NCBI GenBank assembly: GCA_963825055.1
Contig: CAWGSK010000017.1
Coordinates: 23,236-87,235 of the forward strand
Direction: 5' to 3'
DNA: 64,000 bases
Source: an uncultured Gemmatimonadales bacterium
GTDB lineage: Bacteria; Gemmatimonadota; Gemmatimonadetes; Gemmatimonadales; GWC2-71-9
Positions 9,372-19,400 of the stretch are shown here, piece by piece. Below the pieces are notes generated by a model, which made no database searches, was not told where the DNA came from, and was given only the letters and a program-made list of their open reading frames with translations. Position numbers and translations under genes: made by a program. Position 1 is the stretch's first letter; every line of letters starts with the position of its first letter.

Positions 9372-10076
9372 ATGCACATTTTCCCCGGCATCTCCGGCTA
9401 TGCCTATAAGGAGTGGAAGGGCTCGTTCTACCCCGCTGACCTAAAGGCAGACGGGATGCTCGGCTTCTACGCCACCCGCTTTCCCACCGTCGAGATCAAC
9501 AACACATTCTACCGGATGCCCAGGGAGTCCGTGGTCCTCAACTGGGCCGGACAGGTTCCCGACGGGTTCCGCTTTGTCCTGAAGGCCTCCCGGCGGATCA
9601 CGCACTTCGGGCGGCTCAAGAACGTCGAGAGCGAACTGGAGTATTTCCTGCGCGTCGCCTCCGCCCTCGGCCCGAAACGTGGCCCGACTCTCTTCCAGCT
9701 CCCTCCCAACCTGCCGGCGGACCTGCCGCGGCTCGAGGCTTTCCTGCGGCTCCTTCCGCCGCGCTGGGCGGCTGCCTTCGAGTTCCGGCACTCTTCCTGG
9801 GAAACGGCCGAGGTGGAGCAAGTGCTGGCTGACGCGGGGGCAGCCCTGGTGCATTCGGACGGCGAAGGGTTCTCGGATGCGCTCTCCTCCACGACGGACT
9901 GGGGCTATCTGCGGCTCCGCCAGCCCACGTACACGGACGAAGAACTCCGGGGCCTCGCGGCCGCGGTCCGCCGGCAGCCCTGGCGCGAAGCGTTCGTGTT
10001 CGTGAAGCATGAAGGGGAGGGGCCGGGGCTGGCGGTCCGGGTGCAGGAGGCGATGAGGGCCGCGGACAGTGACTAG
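9372..10076 (+). CDS. DUF72 domain protein
   Basis: GISGYAYKEWKGSFYP, VEINNTFYRMP, LFQLPP, FEFRHSSW, YLRLR. Confidence 0.93.
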   Translation: MHIFPGISGYAYKEWKGSFYPADLKADGMLGFYATRFPTVEINNTFYRMPRESVVLNWAGQVPDGFRFVLKASRRITHFGRLKNVESELEYFLRVASALGPKRGPTLFQLPPNLPADLPRLEAFLRLLPPRWAAAFEFRHSSWETAEVEQVLADAGAALVHSDGEGFSDALSSTTDWGYLRLRQPTYTDEELRGLAAAVRRQPWREAFVFVKHEGEGPGLAVRVQEAMRAADSD

Positions 10077-10145
10077 TGACTCGTGACTAGTGACCAGTGC
10101 CTGGAGTGACTCATCGCTGCCGACTGCCGACTGCCGACTGCCTAT
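10069..10145. repeat. Bipartite element (GTGACTA)n-core-(CTGCCGA)n
   Basis: Read directly; contains both convergent stop codons. Confidence 0.85.
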
Positions 10146-10840
10146 TCCCTGCTCCTGGCTCCCTCACTTCCAGACCACATCGCAATCACATCCGCCAGCT
10201 CGTCAAGTACCTCCGCGTCGGTACGGCCGGAGCGCTTGAGGACGTGGAACGAGTGGTCCGCTCCCTCCACCATGTGCAATGTTGCGCCAGCGAGCGGGGC
10301 CGTGACCAACCGGATCAGGCCCGGATCGGCGAGCGCATCGCGGGTTCCCTGCAGGAACAACATCGGGACCTCCACCCGTGCGAGGTGGCCGGCGCGATCT
10401 GTCGACGGCCGGCCTGAGGCGTGGAGCGGGAACCCCAGGAAGGCCAGGCCCCGGACGCCGGGCAGCAGGCCTTCGGCAGCCGCCTGTGACGTCATCCGGC
10501 CGCCAAATGACTTGCCGCCTGCCACGAGAGGCGTTGCGGGCAGCGCTTCGGCGGCCGCCTGGCAGGCCGCTCTTACTGCGGCATGCGCCACCGCAGGGCG
10601 GTCGGGCCTGCGGGAACCAGCCTGCATGTAGGGAAACTGGTACCGCAGTGTTCCGATCCGCCGGGAGGCGAGACGCTCACTCATCGCACCCAGGAACCCG
10701 TGATGCATGCCGGCCCCCGCCCCGTGCGCGCAGATGTACAGTGCGACCGGCTGGGCGGGGACCTGCCAGATGCATCCCACGCTCCCAACCCCATCGATGT
10801 CAATCCGACCTTCCCGCAGTCCGGGCATCCAGTCCTCCAC
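10142..10840 (-). CDS. Alpha/beta hydrolase (KANL3/Tex30-like)
   Basis: AHGAGAGM, GGKSFGGRM, LGFPLH, QGTRDAL, GADHSF. Confidence 0.9.
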   Translation of the reverse strand: MEDWMPGLREGRIDIDGVGSVGCIWQVPAQPVALYICAHGAGAGMHHGFLGAMSERLASRRIGTLRYQFPYMQAGSRRPDRPAVAHAAVRAACQAAAEALPATPLVAGGKSFGGRMTSQAAAEGLLPGVRGLAFLGFPLHASGRPSTDRAGHLARVEVPMLFLQGTRDALADPGLIRLVTAPLAGATLHMVEGADHSFHVLKRSGRTDAEVLDELADVIAMWSGSEGARSRE

Positions 10841-10929
10841 TGTGATCTATCGCATGGCGCGCGCGGTCCGTCGCTCCTAACTTGGGAAGGATCACGCGCG
10901 AAAGCCGCACCAGCCTCAGGGAGCGCCAA

Positions 10930-11583
10930 ATGGCTTCGACACCCCGCAAGCGCAGCACCCGTAAGCGTACGAAGAAAAAGGGAGCGGCACGCAAGGGGAA
11001 GAAGGCGACGCGCCGGTCAACGAAAAAGAGCGCTGTCCGGGGGACGAAGAAAAAGGGCACGTCCCCCCGGAGGAAAAGAAAGACCAGTCCGCGTTCCCGG
11101 AAGAAGGCTTCCACCACCCGTCGGAAGCGGACCACCCGTAAATCCGTGAATGAGACGAACACACCGGCCAGCCGGACCAGCCGTGCCCGCGAGGCTGTTG
11201 CCCGCGGGGCCAGGGAGGTCGGCTCGCTTGTCCAACAGGCAAACATTGGAGGGAAGATGGCAGCACGCGCAACGAAGGTGCAAAAGGCCGTGTCCCGGGC
11301 GGCCAAGGACGCCCGTAAGGCCGCGACGAAGGCCGGGAAGCAGGCCAGGAAGACCGCGACCAAGGCCTCACGGCAGGCCTCCAGCGCGGCGAAGAAGGCC
11401 GGCAAGGCCGTCGCGCGCACGCGCAAGACCGTCGAGAAGCGAGTGAAGCGGGAGATGGCCAAGCGGAAGGTGAAGAAGGCTCTCAAGCGGACCGGCCAGG
11501 TCATGAAGACTGCCGGCAAGGCTGCGGCTGCGGCCGGGGTGGCGGCCGCTGCCGCCGAGATCGTGCGAGGCCGGAAGAGCTGA
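10930..11583 (+). CDS. Histone H1-like/Hc2-like basic low-complexity protein
   Basis: Very K/R/A/T/S-rich with few acidic residues; SD GGAG before MASTPRK. Confidence 0.7.
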   Translation: MASTPRKRSTRKRTKKKGAARKGKKATRRSTKKSAVRGTKKKGTSPRRKRKTSPRSRKKASTTRRKRTTRKSVNETNTPASRTSRAREAVARGAREVGSLVQQANIGGKMAARATKVQKAVSRAAKDARKAATKAGKQARKTATKASRQASSAAKKAGKAVARTRKTVEKRVKREMAKRKVKKALKRTGQVMKTAGKAAAAAGVAAAAAEIVRGRKS

Positions 11584-11647
11584 GCCGGCCGTACCGGACG
11601 ATGGAGGGCGGGGCGCACCAAGAATGGTGCGCCCGCCCGCGTCCGGC

Positions 11648-12223
11648 CTACTGGCGCGAACTGTCTACGATCGCTACCCGTTCCTCCTGCTGGTCCGGGT
11701 GAACCATCCACGTTTCCACCACATAGTGCCGGTCGTCCAGCACCCGGAGCCGGACGAGGTGCGCGGGTTCCCCCTCGGTCACGCCCCGCGGGTCCACGCT
11801 CCGCAACGTCAGGGTACCGGTGCTGTCGTCCCACGTCCCCTCGGCGCCCACCGCGAGATTCCCCTCCTCATCCACGCTGTACGTGACATATACGCCCCGG
11901 CCTTCATCCCAGCCAAGGTAGACCAGGCTCTCACCGGGCTCGTCGAGGTCCAGCCCACGAAACGCCATCTGGAGAAATCGGCCGTCGAGAATGAGGCGAT
12001 TCTCGGCTGAGGCTTCTCCTTCGGGAGGGACCCCGGCGGGGGCCAGCTCGAGGGTGTAGTGCTGCACCCATTTGCCGGCCAGCCGCTTGAGCAGCGTGTG
12101 ATGCGGCCCCGGAGGCGCGGACGCGAGGGCCTTCGGGACCGTGATAGCGTCCTGGGCGGCGATCGGGCCCGCCGCGATGGTGCCCGCCAGGATGGCGAGT
12201 GGAATCCAGTGCGGTATGTTCAT
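11648..12223 (-). CDS. DUF1579-family secreted protein
   Basis: Signal peptide; PGPHHTLLKRLAGKW, ILDGRFL, YLGWD. Confidence 0.75.
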   Translation of the reverse strand: MNIPHWIPLAILAGTIAAGPIAAQDAITVPKALASAPPGPHHTLLKRLAGKWVQHYTLELAPAGVPPEGEASAENRLILDGRFLQMAFRGLDLDEPGESLVYLGWDEGRGVYVTYSVDEEGNLAVGAEGTWDDSTGTLTLRSVDPRGVTEGEPAHLVRLRVLDDRHYVVETWMVHPDQQEERVAIVDSSRQ

Positions 12224-12300
12224 TTCATCCCCTGATGGTGGCACCGCAATCCTCACCGGCGGCTCCCGTTGCTCGGTGACGGAAGTCACGGGGGTTAGAT

Positions 12301-12387
12301 GGTATCGGGTATCGGGTATCGGGTATCGCGAAGGAGCTTTCCATCCAAGCACTAATCACTAATCACTAATCACTAGTCACTAGTCAC
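12301..12387. repeat. Bipartite element (GGTATCG)4-core-(CACTAAT/CACTAGT)n
   Basis: Reverse complement of the architecture at 34706 and 26856. Confidence 0.88.
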
Positions 12388-12416
12388 AGCTCACCAGTCC
12401 CTATGGAGCCACCCGC

Positions 12417-13655
12417 ATGTCACTTCGTCCGTGGGCCCCTGTCCGCCACTTCTTCCTCCCCCTGCTCGTGACCGCGGTGACACTTCCCTCCGCAGCACAG
12501 GTTGCGCCGTCCCCGGCCCTGGCCCATGCGAATGCCCTCCTCCAACAGGCCCCTGTCTTTGACGGGCACAACGACCTGGCCTGGGAGATCCGCATGCAGG
12601 AGGATCATCCGCTCGACGTTGCCGCATATGATCTCCGGACCCGGACGAAGGGACATACGGACCTGGCCCGTCTCAAGGCCGGTCACGTGGGGGCGCAGTT
12701 CTGGTCGGTGTATATCCCGGGCGAGGCAGCTGACAGCGGGTACGCCCGGATGCAGCTCGAGCAGATCGACATCGCCCTCCGCTTTATCGCCCGGTATCCG
12801 GAGCTGACGCTTGCGCTGACGGCGGACGACGTCGAGCGGGCCATGAAGGGCGGTCACATCGCCTCGCTGATCGGCATGGAGGGCGGCCATGCGATCGAGA
12901 ATTCGCTCGGCGCCCTGCGGGCATACTACGACCTTGGCGCCCGCTACATGACCCTGACCCATAACGTGACTTTGGACTGGGCCGACGCGGCCATGGACAC
13001 GGCGGCGCACGGCGGGCTGACCGACTTCGGACGTGACGTCGTCCGGGAGATGAACCGCCTCGGGATGCTGGTAGACCTGTCCCACACGTCCCCGGGCACC
13101 ATGAGCGATGTGCTCGACGTGAGCCAGGCACCGGTGATCTTCTCGCACAGCTCGGCCCGGGCGCTGGTGGATGTTCCCCGGAACGTCCCGGACTCGATCC
13201 TGGCCCGGATGCCGAAGAATGGCGGGATCGTCATGGTCACCTTCGTGCCGGACTTCGTGTCCCGGGCGTTCCATGACTCGATCGAGGTGTGGAGGCCCCA
13301 GCTCGAGGCGCGGCTTCAGGGTGTGACGGATTCGGCGGAGCGGGGCGGGATCCGCCGGGAGTTCATGCGCACCCATGAGCTGCCCCGGGCCACCATTGCC
13401 GACGTGGCGGACCACGTGGAGCACGTGCGGGATGTCGCCGGCATCGACCACGTAGGCCTGGGCGGCGACTTCGACGGAACCGGGAGCCTCCCCGAGGGGC
13501 TCGAGGACGTATCCACGTACCCGAACCTCTTCGCCGAGCTCATCCGGAGGGGGTGGAAGGACGCGGACCTGAAGAAACTCGCCAACGGCAACATGCTCCG
13601 GGTCATGCATGAGGCGGAGGCGGTGGCGGGGCGGATGAAGGGAAGCCAAGAGTGA
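12417..13655 (+). CDS. Membrane dipeptidase (peptidase M19)
   Basis: DGHNDL, GAQFWSVY, GMEGGH, YMTLTH, VDLSH, FSHS, GLGGDFDG. Confidence 0.95.
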   Translation: MSLRPWAPVRHFFLPLLVTAVTLPSAAQVAPSPALAHANALLQQAPVFDGHNDLAWEIRMQEDHPLDVAAYDLRTRTKGHTDLARLKAGHVGAQFWSVYIPGEAADSGYARMQLEQIDIALRFIARYPELTLALTADDVERAMKGGHIASLIGMEGGHAIENSLGALRAYYDLGARYMTLTHNVTLDWADAAMDTAAHGGLTDFGRDVVREMNRLGMLVDLSHTSPGTMSDVLDVSQAPVIFSHSSARALVDVPRNVPDSILARMPKNGGIVMVTFVPDFVSRAFHDSIEVWRPQLEARLQGVTDSAERGGIRREFMRTHELPRATIADVADHVEHVRDVAGIDHVGLGGDFDGTGSLPEGLEDVSTYPNLFAELIRRGWKDADLKKLANGNMLRVMHEAEAVAGRMKGSQE

Positions 13656-13757
13656 CAAGTGAGTAGTGATTAGTGGTTAGTGCTTCAGGGCAAGCGATAG
13701 TCGCGGAAGCGACCCTGGCTCAACGGCCAAGCACTATTCACTACTCACTAATCACTT
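13651..13757. repeat. Inverted heptamer arms (GTGAGTA/GTGATTA ... CACTACT/CACTAAT) around an AGTGCTT...AAGCACT core
   Basis: Read directly; supplies both convergent stops. Confidence 0.85.
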
Positions 13758-14743
13758 TTCCCAGTCGCCAACCCCAGCCTTACCGCCACAAACTCCGCCG
13801 CCGCATCCTCCGCCCACAGATGATGATGCCCTGGGGTCCCCTCCACGAATCCGACGTGGCCGCCTTCCTCCGGCATGAGCAGCGTGAGGCAGGGGTTCGC
13901 CGCGATTGCCTCCCGCGGGACGAGATCGCCCGGCGCCATCGGGTCATCTGCCGCGTGGATGAGCAGCGTCGGGACCCTGACCGCCGGCAGGTACGGACCG
14001 GCCGAGGAACGCGCGTAGTAGTCCGCGGCATCCCGGAATCCATGCAGAGGCGCCGTGAGGGCATCGTCGAAATCCCGGACGGTGCGGGCGGCCAGCACGC
14101 GCTCCATGTCCACGAGTTCCTCCAGCATGGCCCGCTTCGCCAGCACCTTCTGGCGAAGAGAGCGGAGGAAGAACCTGGCATAAATGCGTCCCGCCCCGCC
14201 ATCGATCCGTGCGGCACTCTCGGCGAGGTCGTAGGGAACGCTGATGGCCGCCGCCGCGGCCAGACCGGAGTCGGTCGACCCATGCTCACCCAGGTACTTG
14301 AGCAGCACGTTCCCACCCAGTGAAAATCCCACCCCCGCGAGCGGGCCGCCGTGGCTCTGCCGCAGGTGCTCGATGACGAGCCCGAGATCCTCCGTCTCGC
14401 CACTGTGGTAAAAGCGCGCGGTCCGGTTGGGGGCCCCGCCACAACTCCGGAAGTTGAGCCCAACCGACCGCATGCCGTGGGCCGACAGGGCCCTGGCGAG
14501 TTCTGCCGTGTAATCCGAGTGCGCGCTCCCCTCGAGGCCGTGCAGCGTCAGCACCAGCGGCGCGGTCGCGTCCGGCGGGCGCTCCCCGACCGTGGTGTAT
14601 TCCAGGACCAGCTCGTCGCCATCCGGCGTTTCCAGCCGTTCCGACCGGAAGGACACGTCCCCCGCGTGCCGCAGCAACCGACCGCCGATGGTCTGGGCGT
14701 GAGCTCCCGGCAGCCACCACGCCGGCGTGAAGCGGGTGGTCAT
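13748..14743 (-). CDS. YheT-family alpha/beta hydrolase
   Basis: GAHAQT, HGLEGS, FYHSGET, GFSLGGNVLLKYLGE, DDP, GGHVGF. Confidence 0.92.
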   Translation of the reverse strand: MTTRFTPAWWLPGAHAQTIGGRLLRHAGDVSFRSERLETPDGDELVLEYTTVGERPPDATAPLVLTLHGLEGSAHSDYTAELARALSAHGMRSVGLNFRSCGGAPNRTARFYHSGETEDLGLVIEHLRQSHGGPLAGVGFSLGGNVLLKYLGEHGSTDSGLAAAAAISVPYDLAESAARIDGGAGRIYARFFLRSLRQKVLAKRAMLEELVDMERVLAARTVRDFDDALTAPLHGFRDAADYYARSSAGPYLPAVRVPTLLIHAADDPMAPGDLVPREAIAANPCLTLLMPEEGGHVGFVEGTPGHHHLWAEDAAAEFVAVRLGLATGKSD

Positions 14744-15453
14744 GGAGCGTGGCCCGCCCCGAACAGGGAGCCGCGGAAGAAAATGATCCCCCCTCCCACC
14801 AGCGCGATCGTCGCGAAGGCAAACCACTGGATGGCGTAGCCCAGGTGCGGCCCGTCGTCGAGCGCCGCGGGCTCCTGCCGTCGCGGACGGTGTGGGAGGG
14901 CGCTGTCTGGCGTCTGGAGGATCACGACGTCGAGGAGAGGGTAGGGGACGGCCGAGCGCACCGACGCGAGGTCCAGGCGGCCCCACGAGAGCACGCCGTT
15001 GTTCACGTTACGTCCTGCTCCCCCAGGGTCCTCGGCGATCGGCTGCGCGATCCCCCGGACCTCGACCACGCCTGGTTCATCCAGGCCGGAGAGGTTCGGC
15101 GTGGCTGCATCCGCCGCGGCGACAAACCCGCGGTTGACCAGGACAGCCGTATCCCGCCCGGCGAGGCGCAGGGGCGTCACCAGCAGCACGCCAGGCGCCT
15201 CGCGGTACACCCGCCCGCGCAGGACAAACTCGTGGTCCCGGTCATACACCCCACGGGCGATGACCCGCCGGTGGGGGAGGGAGTCCCGGCTCGTGTCGAG
15301 CGATACCGGCGGGAGCCCCATGGCCGCGGCGATCGCCTGGTTGGCCGCCCGCCGCTGGCTCAGCCTGGCCAGCTGCCACACGCCGAGCCGGATACAGATG
15401 CCGGCGACGATGAAGGCGAGCAGCAGGAACAGCCAGGGCGATCGAGTGGACAT
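14740..15453 (-). CDS. SURF1 family protein
   Basis: LGVWQLARL, LVNRGFV, HLGYAIQWFAFA. Confidence 0.92.
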   Translation of the reverse strand: MSTRSPWLFLLLAFIVAGICIRLGVWQLARLSQRRAANQAIAAAMGLPPVSLDTSRDSLPHRRVIARGVYDRDHEFVLRGRVYREAPGVLLVTPLRLAGRDTAVLVNRGFVAAADAATPNLSGLDEPGVVEVRGIAQPIAEDPGGAGRNVNNGVLSWGRLDLASVRSAVPYPLLDVVILQTPDSALPHRPRRQEPAALDDGPHLGYAIQWFAFATIALVGGGIIFFRGSLFGAGHAP

Positions 15454-15614
15454 CCGTTGTCTTTCCTCGGGGACATTCGGGACTGACCGGACGGCCCGGT
15501 CGACGGCGAACCGTAAGAATAGCTGGTAGTTAGCCTGCATGCCCGCCGCGGTCCGGTCGTTGCTTCCCGTCTTGATAATCAGTATTCAGCGCCAACCCGC
15601 ACCCGAGGTTCCGG

Positions 15615-16199
15615 ATGAACTCCCCGCTTCCGTTCCGCATCGGCCTGGCCGCGATATTCCTGCTGGCCGCCGCCCCCCTGGCCGCCCAGCGCCCCCACAG
15701 CCGTCTCCGCGAAGTGCACCCGACGAATCGGGACGGTTTCTGGATCGGGGCCGCGGTTGGGGCCGGCCAGAATGCCACCCAGTACCGGCCCGGTCCATCG
15801 TCATACGGTCCCGACATCAGCGGTGGCTCGCTCAACCTCAAGGTCGGCGGTTCGCCGTCCAGCCACGTCCTGCTCGGCGCCGATCTCTACGCCTGGATCC
15901 ATGACCTCGGCGACGGGACGGACGAGTCGCTGAGCAGCGCCATGTTCATCGCCCAGGTTTATCCCTTCGACAATGCCGGTCTCTTCTTCAAGGGCGGCGC
16001 GGGACTCACCGCCTACAACGTGAGTGACCGCTTCCTGGACTTCAATGAAGGGGGGTACGGCGGCGTGGTGGGCGCCGGTTATGAGATCCAGGTCGGCCGC
16101 AACGTCTATCTGGTGCCGTCGCTCGATGCCTACTGGCACGCCTACGACGGCCGGCGGGAACGCATCGTGAACTTCGGGTTCGGGGTCACGTTCCACTAG
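15615..16199 (+). CDS. Outer-membrane beta-barrel protein (OmpA-like small barrel)
   Basis: Signal peptide, alternating amphipathic strands, C-terminal FGFGVTFH. Confidence 0.8.
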   Translation: MNSPLPFRIGLAAIFLLAAAPLAAQRPHSRLREVHPTNRDGFWIGAAVGAGQNATQYRPGPSSYGPDISGGSLNLKVGGSPSSHVLLGADLYAWIHDLGDGTDESLSSAMFIAQVYPFDNAGLFFKGGAGLTAYNVSDRFLDFNEGGYGGVVGAGYEIQVGRNVYLVPSLDAYWHAYDGRRERIVNFGFGVTFH

Positions 16200-16432
16200 G
16201 GCGGCTTTCGTGACCCGCGGGTCCGGGATACATTCCTAACCCCCCTGAGGTACGGTACCAGGAAGGCTGCGGCAGAGCGGCGGCGGTCCGAACATCCCCC
16301 CAAGGCACTATTGAAGAGTGCAGGGAGGCGGACCCCTACCCCCCGACTGCAGCGCTCCCGTGGCCGCCCCCCCGGGGTCTGTGTTTCCCCCGGAAGGAGC
16401 GTCCCCGGCCGGCCGGCCGGACGCACCGGGTC

Positions 16433-19400
16433 ATGCGGGCAGGTGCTGTGAGTCGAATGCGTTTCCTGCGGTTCGGATTGCTGGTCCTGGCGGCCGTCAC
16501 GACGGTCACCTGCGGCGGCGACAAGCTCACCCTTCCCAACGAGGGCAATCCCTCCTCGGCGCAGGTGGAGCAGGGGAACAACCAGACCGGCACCGTTGCC
16601 CAGCCGCTGCGCGACAGCCTCATCATCCGCCTCACCGATTCCAAGAGCCGGCCCGTGTCCGGCCAGCGTGTCGCGTTCGTCCTCACCGGCGGCGCGTCCG
16701 GCGCGGCCGTCGCGCCGGATACGGCCATCTCCGATGATGCCGGCCGGGTCCGCGCCCGCTGGATCCTCGGCACCGTCGCGGGCCCGCAGACGCTCGAGGC
16801 GCGCGTCATCGGGTTCTCCAGTCTTACGAAGACCTTCACCGCCCAGGCCGCGCCCGCCGCCGCCGACACGCTCCGCCTCATTCAGGGTGATGGCCAGAGC
16901 GGGACGGTGGGGGCGACCCTCACCGATTCGCTCGTGGTCCGGGTCACGGATCGGTTCGGCAACGGGGTCTCCGGGGTCAACGTATCCTGGACGGTCACCG
17001 GCGGTGGCTCCATCTCGCCGTCCAGCACGGCCACCGATGCCACGGGGCGTGCCGCCGTGGCGCGCACCCTCGGGTCGAGCGCGGGGGCCCAGACCACCCT
17101 GGCCACCGTGGCCGGCCTCAAGGGCTCGCCCGTCACGTTCACCCAGACCGCGGGCTCCGGCAGCGCCTCCAGCCTTACCATCGTTTCCGGGGACAATCAG
17201 TCAGGGCCGGCCAGCTTCCCGCTCGGCATGCCGGTGGTGGTCAAGCTGGCGGACGCCACCGGCAACGGCGTGCCCGGCGTGAACGTCACCTGGGTAATCG
17301 CGACCGGTGGCGGCAGCGTGTCCCCCACGACTGGCACGACGGACCAGAACGGCCTGGCGAGCTCCAACTGGACCCTGGGCCCGGTTGCCGGGGCCAACAC
17401 CCTGAATGCCGTCAGCTCCGGTTTCACCGTGAACTTCTCCGCCACCGCGACCGCCGCCGCCCCGACGCAGATGGCGGCCAATTCGGTCACGAACCAGACC
17501 GGGACCGCCGGACTGGCGGTGGCGACGAGTCCGTCGGTCCGGGTCCGCGACGCAAACGGCAATGGGGTGGCGGGAGTCGGTGTCACCTTCGCCGTCGCGG
17601 GTGGCGGGGGTTCGGTCAGTGACACGACCGTCGGGACCGGCGCCTCCGGGATCGCCACCCTGCCGACCTGGACGCTGGGACAGGTCGCCGGGACGAATCA
17701 GCTCACCGCATCGGTCAGCGGGCTTACGGGAAGCCCGGTGACCTTCAACGCGACCGGCAACGCGGGCCCCGCGGCGCAGATGGTCATGCAGACGCAGCCG
17801 CCAGTGTTGATGACCAGTGGGGCCACCATCACCCCCACCCCCGCGGTACAGCTGCAGGACCAGTTCGGGAATACCGTGACCACCCAGAACGTCAGCGTCA
17901 CGGTGAGCCTGAACGGAGCCGGCACGCTCGCGGGCACCAAGACCCGGACGAGCAACAGCAACGGGCAGGCATCCTTCCCGAGCCTGAGCCTCTCGGGGCC
18001 GCCGGGATCCTACAGCCTGTCCTTCACCGCCTCCGGGATCACCGGGGTGACCTCGACGCCGATCTCCCTCGGCGCAGGCAACGCGACGACGCTGGTCTTC
18101 ACCACCCAGCCGAGCAATACGACAGCCGGGGTCGCAATGACGCCGGCGGTCGTGGTCCAGGCGCGAGACGCGTCCAACAACGTCGATCCGGCCTTTACGG
18201 GCAGCGTGAGCCTCAACCTCGGGGCCAATCCCGGCGGCGATCCCCTCGGCACGGTGAGCGCCACGGCGGTCAGCGGGGTCGCGACGTTCAGCGGAATCAC
18301 CCTCCAGAAGGCCGCAGCCGGATACACCCTGGTCGCTTCGAGCAGTGGCCTGTCGTCCGCTACCAGCAACACCTTCACCGTTTCTCCCGCGGCGGCGGCG
18401 TCGCTGGCCTTCAGCCAGCAACCCACGAACGTCGTCGCGGGGGCCACGATCACGCCCTTCGTCCGGGTGACGGCGCTGGATGCCTTCGGGAATGCCGTGA
18501 TGTCGCCTTCGATCCCGATTGCGATCGCGATCGGGACGAACCCGGCTTCCGGCGTGCTCAGCGGCACCAGCCCCCGTTCAACCTCCGGCGGGATTGCCAC
18601 CTTCAACAACCTGAGTATCGACAAGGCCGGCACCGGTTACACCCTCGTTGCGTCGGGGGGCGGTTTCAACGTGACCAGCAACCCCTTCGATGTGACCGTG
18701 GGGAACGGGAGCAAGGTGGCCTTTGTCGCCCCGCAGCCCACGTCGGCGACGGCCGGGGCGGCCATTACCCCGGGATTCACCGTGGAGGTGCAGGACGCCG
18801 CCGGGAACAGGATCCCCGGGGCGAACAACCAGATCACGGTCTTCATCGGTACCAACCCCTCGCAGGGGTCGCTGAGCGGGACGACCCAGCGCAATGCCGT
18901 CAACGGGACGGTGACGTTCACCGGCCTCAGCATCGATTCGGCCGGCACCGGTTACACCCTGACGGCCTCCGCCAGCGGGCTGGTCAGCACGTCCAGTAGC
19001 AGCTTCGATATCGTACCGGGCTCACCAAGCGCCAGCCTGTCGACCGTGACCGCGTCGCCGGGCACGATCAGCGCCAGCAACGGCTCGTCGTCCAGCACGA
19101 TCACGGTGACGGTCAAGGACCAGAAGGGGAACCTGGTTCCCGGCACCTCCGTGACCCTCGGGGTCACGGGTGGATCAGGCAACACCCTCAGCGCATCCGG
19201 CCCGACTAACAGCTCCGGGGTCTACACCGGAACGTTCTCGGCCACCGTCAGTGGCGCGACCCGGACCATCAGCGCCACTGCGGGCGCCGTATTGCTGAAC
19301 CAGACTGCTTCCGTATTCGTCAACCCCGGTCTACCGAGCCAGCTCACGGTTTCCCAGCAGCCCGGCTCGGTGCAGGCCGGCCAGACGATCCTGCCCGCTC

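Noticed and set aside
16200..16432. Structured leader RNA upstream of the giant adhesin
   Set aside because: Only generic GC-rich hairpins; no recognisable riboswitch consensus.
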